DNA of 64,000 nucleotides from Octopus bimaculoides (Eukaryota): assembly GCF_001194135.2 (NCBI RefSeq), contig NC_068992.1, forward strand, positions 50,932,335 to 50,996,334, in the 5' to 3' direction. Positions 53,696-64,000 of the stretch are shown here, piece after piece (the first letter of the stretch is position 1; every line of letters begins with the position of its first letter). Under the pieces are notes generated by a model. That model saw only the letters and a program-made list of their open reading frames with translations, was not told where the DNA came from and did no database searches. The translations under genes were made by a program, and so were the position numbers.

Positions 53696-56288
53696 GAAGC
53701 AGGTACGTACGTATATACATACAACATACATACCAACTTGCATACATACATACGTGCACACATACACACATATACACATACAAAAATACATTCATACATA
53801 CATACATACATATATACATACATATATATTGATACTTACACTCTGTCTAGAAATTGCTGTGAGAGATTACATTATTCATGAGGTAGTATATACTAATTCT
53901 TGAATTTATGTGATATAATCGGTCGAGTAAACCTAAGTAATTATTGGTATTTCTTTGCGTCAATGAAGATATCTCCATGTAGTTACATGATCTGGTGGAA
54001 ATATGAAACAGGTGTCAGTCACATCACGCAATACGGCCGCCGGAAACACTGTACACATTGAACTAAAATATTGAGGTTGTCAACATTCGGATGTCATTGA
54101 ACAAAGGACAACAGGACCATGCCCCACGTGGGATAAATAGCAATAAATGATATGTATTAGAACTACATGGAAAGTTGAAAACTAAAGATGACACCATCGC
54201 CAAGCATAATTAAATATTGGGAAGTTTAAATATTGGTACTTGTACGGAGTTTTTGAATGTGCTTTCTCTTATCCATGTGTAGTTTATAGGGACTGTTCGT
54301 GTTATACTATATTTCTTCTGAACATTCGCCTCTCAGAGGTTATCCTTTATAACGCCGTAGCAATTGCATAATGGTTCGTGGCAGTGTTAGTCTGGATGTC
54401 AGTTGAATTGTTGCCAATTCAATTCATCGTCGGTTGCATTCGTCGCCAGCAAATTTGTCATCAGGCAATTCGTTGTCAATTTAATTCGTCAGTATATTCC
54501 AAGTCAGAAATCCGCCGGGTCATCAACTGTCGCTTAAAGAAGGCGTCCATATGGAGTTTAAGCATACAGAGTTTCCTTTCTATTGATATTAAATTGCGTG
54601 GGTAACAGTAATTGGGATAAGGTGTTGAAATATAAACTAAAATGTGAAGTATTGAGATAAAAAATCCAGTTCCTGTTTTGCTATACTTTCTATCGTTGTT
54701 TTCTCCATTTTCTTCACCGAACGCATAAAGACAAAACAAAAACAAACACAAAAAATATTACATAACATTTCAAGTGTAGAATATAGCTAGTTATATAAAT
54801 AATACATACATATTAAGGAAAATATAAAGAAAAAATAACTATAATTAAATTGTATTTATTTCAAATTATTTTTAAAATTATTAAGAATGCTAAAAATAAT
54901 TGGAAGCTGATAACAAAAAATTATTGGTTTATATTGATATATTGATATATGATTATGCTGGCAAAAATCTCATATTACGAGTAATGAAATCGTAATTGTC
55001 TATTATATCTGTAAAGTGTTTGTGTATAGCACTGGACCTCTTTCTCTTGGATAATGTCTGGGTAATAATTTTGCAATTTGGTACCAGTTTCGGATTATTT
55101 TGATCAACAAATACTTTATATCTTATATAAATTCCTATTAGTACATGAGTTACATGAATATTGTCACTGCTGTATCTCTGAAGCAATTTTCGTAATTTGT
55201 TTACGTTACATACAAGAAGAAAAAAAAAAAAAAGAAACAGCCCTATATATTTCAAGAATCATTCGCAGTAACCCTTCGGCACAGAATGGGCTCTTTTAGT
55301 AAAGAAATAATTTCTTTCAACTAGAAGTCAATGTTGTATTGCGACAAATATAAAACACGTAATTTTCGTCTTCTTCCGTATATAAAATTTGGTTCTACCC
55401 GATCGGATTTATATATGATTTGATCCTCATCAGAGACAGAATAACTTTTCATCTGCCTATGGAGACATACAGCTAATATTCAAATCGTTTCAATAGAAAG
55501 TGTGTGTGGTGAACCGATTAGCGTGACTTGTATAGATGGGAAACCATAGATTTCAAAGCGGTCTGCTGGTGCAAGATTTTTTAGTCCACAGAGGGAACGA
55601 TATATTGAAAATAAAACAAACAATAGAAAAATAAACCTTTCAACACAAAATATTCAATTTCAACAAACAGGACTAACATTTGAGATAACACAAAACCTCA
55701 AAACCAGGCTTTTGATTAAAATACGAGACAAGATTTTACACTTCTGCAGAAGGTTACTCATATCGGAAAGAGTATAAAGCAAGGAAATCAATGATAATTC
55801 ACTTGTAAGGAACAAAACTAATTACAATCTATATATATTTCCTACGACTGTTTCAATAATCCTTACGCATCATGACAATTATATAATAATGAAAGGAGAA
55901 TAAATTTATAGGTGATGTTTAAGGACCAAATCAGAATTTTATAAATGTTTGTTTGTGAGTGTGTATGTGTGTGAATGTGTGTGTGTGTGCGCGTAAACAT
56001 AAGAATAATAAAAAGCTGTATTCCCTTTACATCGCAGTTATTTCTAAAGTAAATTATTGTCATCCAATACATTAAAAATTCGATTATAATTACTCAAAAT
56101 CAGATTAGCACAATCAGCTTATTTCAAAATACAATATTACATATTGCAAAATGTATCATATCCAAAATACATAATTAAAATTAAGTCATTTCAAGTTTAC
56201 GTATTCGAAAGTATATTTTTACATTCAAATCATTTCAACATATATTATTAAACATTAAATTTATACGGCGTTGCGCTTTAACATATCC

Positions 56289-56290
56289 TA

Positions 56291-56357
<67 letters not shown>
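56289..56357. repeat. (TAT)n microsatellite
   Basis: Direct reading. Confidence 0.95.
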
Positions 56358-56360
<3 letters not shown>

Positions 56361-57602
56361 TTCGCCTACTTTATTCTATTTATTCATCTTTTTTTTTCTT
56401 TTGGCCCCTTATATTCTATTAACGTTTGGAAAAACAAATACTTCATTTCATCTCTCATTAAAATTTATGATAATCCAAAAACTAGAGACTAGACAAAGCA
56501 TGTTCAGAAATGTTCTTCCACCTACCGATAACTGGAAGAAATATTAAGCGTGATGTCTGAAGCAATATATATAGGTATTTATTTTAATATTTGGGTGTAG
56601 GCTGTGCTACTGCTTCGCATATTTCAATGTAGAAATGTACATGTATAGCTCTAGTATGATAATATGATTGCAGTGTCAACATCTCTTTGGGAGTCATTTT
56701 ATACACTGAAAAGTTACAGTGATATATCTATTATTTATGTGACTTTACATTTATGGGACACTAATATGTATGTATTTATGTGTAAATGTGTGTGCGTGAA
56801 TTGATTAAATGTAGATATGTATTTATACATCGGTTGATCATGTTAGGTGCACCCACGAAAGTCGAAATACATAATCATTATAACCAGATAATGTATAACA
56901 ATACATACATCTGTTTTGTGTAATAAATTTCGACGTTTTTTTAAACTGTTTCATGTTTTATAATGTAGATTATGTCACTGCTGTAAAGTATTTTGTTTAC
57001 CATAAAATATTTATTGAAAAATATTGAATTTTTTAGTGAAAGTTCAGGCAACCTGGAAAGTGTTTTATCGAATTTTTGCGTGTCTAATTTCCTCTTTAAT
57101 ACTACTGGGGCTGTGTTACTTTCTACACAAAAATTGTGTACACAGTCGATTTCCATGTGCGCTGTGAATTGTTAACCAGGAATGAAGTATAGGACGACTA
57201 TGTTTCTATCTGATCTCCTGCAGGATGCAGACTAGTTACGTTATTCCTCACCGAAAGTCCGTGTATGACAAATATTTAGCTATAATACCAATGTAGGTCC
57301 TTCTTGCTTTCTCTAAAGGACAGTTGATTGGTTTATATGAATGCTCAACTAGACCCCCCCCCATGATTGATATCTACTAGTAACAGTTAATTCGATACAC
57401 GTTTTGGAAACATATTTTCAATTCTTAATCCTAGTTTATTATTTTATCGCCTAGACTCAGTTGTAGTTCTACAGTATCTTATTTATCCACAAATTCTTTA
57501 CTGAGTACTTTTGTGTTAGCTTAGCATAAGTTTAAACAATTTGAATAAGGCTATAAGCTATATACACTATGTTTTATATGTTATATCCTATAGTATATAT
57601 AG

Positions 57603-57806
57603 TTTGCGAGATGGAATTTTCTTTAGAGCTTCAGACAAAATGCCCAGTGGCGTTTCTCCGAATTCATTACGTTCTGAGCTTAAATTGCACTGTGATCAAC
57701 TTTGCCGTTTATTCCTCTATGGTCATTAGATAAGTGCCTTCCAAATGCTGGGGTAAATTTCATCGACCTCCGAATAAACTGGTAGCCTTGTACGAAAATC
57801 TGAAAC
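57603..57806 (+). mobile_element. diverged SINE family B copy
   Basis: ttacgttctgagcttaaatt...caactttgcc...ataagtgcc...gctggggtaaatttcatcgac...gccttgtac is collinear with the family B sense strand. Confidence 0.7.
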
Positions 57807-58675
57807 TCGCTCTCTTTCTCATATATATATCATATGTGTGAGTGGTTGCATGTAATACGAATGGAGAAAGAAAAAGAAACGAAGATATTTGAATGTGTGT
57901 ATATGTGCTTGTGTGTGTGAGATACTGTGTACGTTCCTGCAGATGACAATGATAAACAAGGATTCAACAGATAATATAGACATTCCGACATTGTATGATG
58001 TATTACTAATCCTTATTGACTGTTGCGCTGTATATTCAGTGTTCCATGAAATGCAATACATATTCATAGTTAAGAAAAACCTATATTGCTGAAGATTTCA
58101 CTCACTACAGTAAGAGCTGAAACATTTGATACCTAATGTATATGCTTGAAGTCACTGCTACCTTGAATATATTTAGCACGCACAAACTCACATGCTCACA
58201 TATTCATGGGTATACACACATACGCGAACATGTAGATAAAAAGACAAAATTTTAAATAAAATAAATAAAAAGTCGAGAGAGAAATGTATATAAATTTATA
58301 CATACTATTTCACATATATTGAGAGAAAACAGGAGACTGAGAGAACAGATAATATGCATAAATACATATTCATATGTGTACATGCATATATATNNNNNNN
58401 NNNNNNNNNNNNNNNNNNNNNNNNNNNNNNNNNNNNNNNNNNNNNNNNNNNNNNNNNNNNNNNNNNNNNNNNNNNNNNNNNNNNNNNNNNNNNNNNNNNN
58501 NNNNNNNNNNNNNNNNNNNNNNNNNNNNNNNNNNNNNNNNNNNNNNNNNNNNNNNNNNNNNNNNNNNNNNNNNNNNNNNNNNNNNNNNNNNNNNNNNNNN
58601 NNNNNNNNNNNNNNNNNNNNNNNNNNNNNNNNNNNNNNNNNNNNNNNNNNNNNNNNNNNNNNNNATATATGTGTG

Positions 58676-58717
<42 letters not shown>

Positions 58718-58729
58718 TATATATACACA

Positions 58730-58765
<36 letters not shown>

Positions 58766-58897
58766 TATAGATATAGGTAAGTAGATATATGTACATATAT
58801 ACATATACATATAGAAAGGTATAGACTAACACGCAAAATATATCTACATGTATATATATGTATATATATATGTGTGTATATATATATATATGCATGC

Positions 58898-58934
<37 letters not shown>

Positions 58935-60425
58935 TATATATATATACGCTTATGTTCATATATATAAGCATTTGCGTGTGTGAGTGGGGGTGCATTGTGA
59001 GTGCGTGTATGTGTGCATATATGTACATATGAATGTATTTATAGTGATAGTGAGTGACAGGTTGAGAAAGAGATACAGAAAATAGGAAAATGTGAAATGT
59101 TAAAAAGATCGAAAGATATACACAGAGTTGAGAAGGGAAAGAGAGAGCGAAGAGAGAGGTATAATATCAATATAAATATATAATAGAGAGAGTTGAGAGT
59201 GAGAGCGAGCAATATTGTAGTTCTCTTATATATTTGCATCGTTTGCATTATCTACTCCACCTACACAAATATGATTTAAATATTCGAAGGATTCTGGATG
59301 GATGTTACAATGGCTTTCCAATAATTTGCTTTTTTTTGCATTCTTAATTTTTATTTGATATTTGCTTAATTTTTACGTTCTTACTTTTACATATTATTTT
59401 CTCTTACATGTTAGTTTATTTATATTGTTTACTTTTTACTCAGTATTTCTTGTTTTTGTTGTTGTCGTTCTGAAGCTTAAACAGAGAAAATCATGATGGA
59501 ACATAAAAGATTATAGAGAAACAAAATTAACAAATAAAGAAAGAAAGTGCAACAAAATGTGCATAACAGACAAAATGTTTCCTAAAGCAAAAGTATTTTT
59601 TCTTCAAATAGAAAATTAACAAAGAGAAATCAATATTTAAACTGACTGAAGGAAAATTCTAGGTAGAGAATCTTTAGGAGCAATTGCGAAAATGTTGTAT
59701 GTGAAGACAAACAATACTAAGAATCAAATAAAAAATTAATATTTGCAAAGTATTCTTCTTAAAGTCGATCTCAAAAGTATTGTTTCCATATGCCTTCTGG
59801 GTAGTAAAGAATTATAATTTTTTTAACGACATGGAAAGAAATATGACAAAATTGAATAATGATAGCTTTTGGTACTGATAGTTTTTGATAAAGCTGTGGC
59901 TAATTTTATAGATGAACATATTTTCGCTCTCTTAATAAAAGTGAGAGTTCTTGTTTTCTTTGGAATCAATAGCATATTGGTCTATTCAGCACAAACATCA
60001 GCGGTTCAATATTCTGCCACCATTATTTCTAGAAGAAAGGTGGTGATTGAGTACACAGCTTAGCGCAGCAGTTTGGTAATAGATTAATTTTTTCGGCGAT
60101 GGGTGTTTTGCGCCGAGGGCAAGGTTAGGCGCACAGACAAACAGTAACATGCTCAGACACACAGAAAACCAAACTAATATACATAGACGCACACATGCAT
60201 AGAAATATACACAGGCATACACACAAAAAGAGCAAAACCTTGACACAACAAATAGTATAACACATTAAATGTACGACGGAACACGTGATGAAACACATAA
60301 TACAGAGTGACACATCTCATAGACAACAGAACACATGATGCAACACAACATACAATGTGTCAGAAAAGACATATATGCACACACATACATATACACATAC
60401 ATATATATAAGTATATATGTATATA

Positions 60426-60466
<41 letters not shown>

Positions 60467-61534
60467 NNNNNNNNNNNNNNNNNNNNNNNNNNNNNNNNNN
60501 NNNNNNNNNNNNNNNNNNNNNNNNNNNNNNNNNNNNNNNNNNNNNNNNNNNNNNNNNNNNNNNNNNNNNNNNNNNNNNNNNNNNNNNNNNNNNNNNNNNN
60601 NNNNNNNNNNNNNNNNNNNNNNNNNNNNNNNNNNNNNNNNNNNNNNNNNNNNNNNNNNNNNNNNNNNNNNNNNNNNNNNNNNNNNNNNNNNNNNNNNNNN
60701 NNNNNNNNNNNNNNNNNNNNNNNNNNNNNNNNNNNNNNNNNNNNNNNNNNNNNNNNNNNNNNNNNNNNNNNNNNNNNNNNNNNNNNNNNNNNNNNNNNNN
60801 NNNNNNNNNNNNNNNNNNNNNNNNNNNNNNNNNNNNNNNNNNNNNNNNNNNNNNNNNNNNNNNNNNNNNNNNNNNNNNNNNNNNNNNNNNNNNNNNNNNN
60901 NNNNNNNNNNNNNNNNNNNNNNNNNNNNNNNNNNNNNNNNNNNNNNNNNNNNNNNNNNNNNNNNNNNNNNNNNNNNNNNNNNNNNNNNNNNNNNNNNNNN
61001 NNNNNNNNNNNNNNNNNNNNNNNNNNNNNNNNNNNNNNNNNNNNNNNNNNNNNNNNNNNNNNNNNNNNNNNNNNNNNNNNNNNNNNNNNNNNNNNNNNNN
61101 NNNNNNNNNNNNNNNNNNNNNNNNNNNNNNNNNNNNNNNNNNNNNNNNGTGTATATATATGTATATATATGTGTGTGTGTGTATATATATATATTAAGAT
61201 ATGTGCAATAAATGTTATATGACATGCGCATGCAAATATCTTTTATATATGTGTTGTATTGGAATAATAAGTATAAAGTGCTAAATACTTATATACATAT
61301 AATACTTGTATGAAAACATACATGTATGCGCGCTTGCATAGATATTTAAGTGTGGGAGCTGAATAAATCTGCGAACCCCAGTGTAAGACAAGTCGAAATA
61401 ATTGATGTATTTGTATCACTGGAACATAAAAGCATACATAAACGCATTCGCGCGCGCACACACAGTCACACACACTCACATTCACATGTGAAAAAGCATA
61501 GATATATATATATATTCTTATTTATTTTTTTTAT

Positions 61535-61720
61535 TCTTTTACTCGCTTCAGTCATTCGGATGCGGCCATGTTACGACCCCGGCTTAAAGTATTTTAGTGG
61601 AACAAATCAGCCATGGTACAAGGTTGGTATTTATTCAGTCTGTTCCCTTGCCGAGACGCTAAGTTACGGGAACATAAACACACCAACACTGGTTTCCAAG
61701 CGGTTGTGAGGGACAAATAT
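61535..61720 (-). mobile_element. SINE family A 3' half
   Basis: cttcagtcatt..atgcggccatg...gctaagttacgggaacataaacacaccaac...gagggacaaa. Confidence 0.8.
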
Positions 61721-62200
61721 ATACACACGCATATACGCGCGCGTGCACATATATAAATATGTACGTATGAAAGTGTATAAATATATATATATTCATATAC
61801 ATACATGCATTGCATATATACATATTTATGTTTACAGATATATGTATATGTATATATGCATAAATATTAATTCATATATGTATGCATATATATCCATCCA
61901 TATGTGTATGCATGTGTGTGTGTGTGTGTGTGTGTGGTTAAATTTTCCCTATTATCCCATTTGTTTTTCCTTCTTGATTTTTTGTAATAACTTTTGGGGA
62001 TGTTTTTTCCTTAAATTCTTCACACTGACGAGAATGACAATACATAACTTTAATTATAATAATTATTATTATTATTTTTTTCCTTACATATTTGTATTGC
62101 GCTTTGTAACGTTCGCATGTACTTATTAAATCTAATTTTGATTTTTTAACATGTTTTCTCCATTTTTATAATTGTTTATATCTTTATACCTATAACGAAC

Positions 62201-62238
<38 letters not shown>

Positions 62239-62721
62239 CATACATACATATCATATTATTCGAATGTGTCAGCCATCGTCGCAGAACCTAAGTGACAAAA
62301 CGTTACAAAACCAAGTAAAATTATTGAAGTAAAGTGCATAAAACCTCTTAGTAAACTGGCTTAAAGGCGTAGCTAAGTGATTGACTGCTGTGCACGCATA
62401 TCTCATCTGCAGGGTAGTTCCAGCGCATGCAATTCGGAAACGTTCTTGTAATACATTGTACGTGTGTTTGCATGAAGAAATATATATATGTGTGTGTGTA
62501 TATATATATAAATGTATATATGTATGTGCATGTGTGTGTGTGAATAATGTGTGCATATATATGTACATTTATATAGTTCACAGACGAGTTACAGAGATTC
62601 ACCATATGGAAAACGTGTAGTAGCGTTCAAACGATTCAAACTTAGATTCCGATCTCTTTATAGGTGATCATTCCACGTGGTAAAAAAAGGTTATAAGAGG
62701 CTTCAAGTTGAGCGAGTATAG

Positions 62722-62864
62722 AGGCAATTATGCGGATAAAGAACTATACACATCAAATATATTAAATATATTAAATACATCAAATACAAAGTATTTTGTA
62801 TTTGATGTATTTGACATATATAATGTATTTGATGTGTATATTTTGTTTATCCGCAAAATTGCCT
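62722..62864. repeat. 143-bp imperfect hairpin (fold-back/MITE-like)
   Basis: aggcaattatgcggataaa pairs with tttatccgcaaaattgcct (one mismatch); 62746-62759 pairs with 62826-62839; 62773-62790 pairs with 62795-62812; 4-nt loop gtat. Confidence 0.9.
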
Positions 62865-62871
62865 TTCCCCC

Positions 62872-62924
<53 letters not shown>

Positions 62925-62954
62925 TAAATAGATAGATAGATAGATAGATGGATG

Positions 62955-62988
<34 letters not shown>

Positions 62989-64000
62989 CAGATAAATAGA
63001 TTATATATGTGTATGTGTGTGTATGTGNNNNNNNNNNNNNNNNNNNNNNNNNNNNNNNNNNNNNNNNNNNNNNNNNNNNNNNNNNNNNNNNNNNNNNNNN
63101 NNNNNNNNNNNNNNNNNNNNNNNNNNNNNNNNNNNNNNNNNNNNNNNNNNNNNNNNNNNNNNNNNNNNNNNNNNNNNNNNNNNNNNNNNNNNNNNNNNNN
63201 NNNNNNNNNNNNNNNNNNNNNNNNNNNNNNNNNNNNNNNNNNNNNNNNNNNNNNNNNNNNNNNNNNNNNNNNNNNNNNNNNNNNNNNNNNNNNNNNNNNN
63301 NNNNNNNNNNNNNNNNNNNNNNNNNNNNNNNNNNNNNNNNNNNNNNNNNNNNNNNNNNNNNNNNNNNNNNNNNNNNNNNNNNNNNNNNNNNNNNNNNNNN
63401 NNNNNNNNNNNNNNNNNNNNNNNNNNNNNNNNNNNNNNNNNNNNNNNNNNNNNNNNNNNNNNNNNNNNNNNNNNNNNNNNNNNNNNNNNNNNNNNNNNNN
63501 NNNNNNNNNNNNNNNNNNTGTCCCCTGTTTTAGCCCCTGTCTTAGCGTTCACCACTTTACCTCATCATGGCTTAACACCCGTCACCATTTGTTTTTACTG
63601 TTTTGTTCTTACTGTCTTGGTTTTGTTACCACTTTCGGATGCCGGGGTGGGAGCCCACGCCAACATCTCTTCAGTTATCCGGCCATTGAAAATTCCTGAG
63701 AAAAATGACCGTCAAACAAAGGGAAATTACTGTGTGGTGACTGTCATTAAGACAAAAGAGCTAACAGACCGCTAAATAAGGTAAAGGTAAGGGAATAGGG
63801 AAGTCTATAAGTTCGCGTAAGCGCACCAATCCGTACATTGGCCTATATTTACATACTAAAAAGCCTCGCTTTAAACACACATATGCTCACCCACGTACTC
63901 GCCGAAAACTATACATGTATGTCAACACACACATGTTCACCCTGCTTCTATATTTTTCTACAAAAATAGAAATTATCTTAGAGATTATAGAAAACTATAA

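Noticed and set aside
55395-55440. Minus-strand CTGATGAG with ggat/atcc stem
   Set aside because: It is followed by GATC rather than GAAA and has no cleavage triplet or helix I.
58350-59045. Possible inverted repeat around the 58.4-58.7 kb gap
   Set aside because: The match is limited to low-complexity TA/CA sequence, and the outer flanks do not mirror.
59850-60063. Minus frame with GPCR TM3-TM4-like spacing (IPKKTRTLTFIKRAKI)
   Set aside because: It lacks a DRY/ERY motif, has two stops, and the opposite strand is equally open.

Overview
AT-rich, repeat-dense animal DNA from a gapped draft assembly. It has 17 N-runs, most bordered by microsatellites. The SINE repertoire and microsatellite load suggest an octopus/coleoid genome; this is inferred from recall, not a database search. 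No intact host gene is supported, and nearly all ORFs in the track are microsatellite or N-gap artefacts. Recognisable content is decayed mobile DNA: three R4/Dong-like (REL-endonuclease) LINE fragments, two mariner fragments of one family, an RTE LINE 3' end, a Chapaev3-like transposon right end, a Penelope-like 3' end, and many copies of two tRNA-derived SINE families. The most striking structure is at 16.0-16.6 kb (minus strand): a GIY-YIG endonuclease C-terminus, then a tRNA-like Pol III promoter, an (AAT)n tract, a degenerate minimal hammerhead ribozyme and a tandem tail. Also notable are a ~620-bp palindrome, a 143-bp hairpin, a TSD-bracketed SINE heterodimer that interrupts an unidentified decayed ORF, and a zero-spacer (AAT)/(ATT) palindrome.
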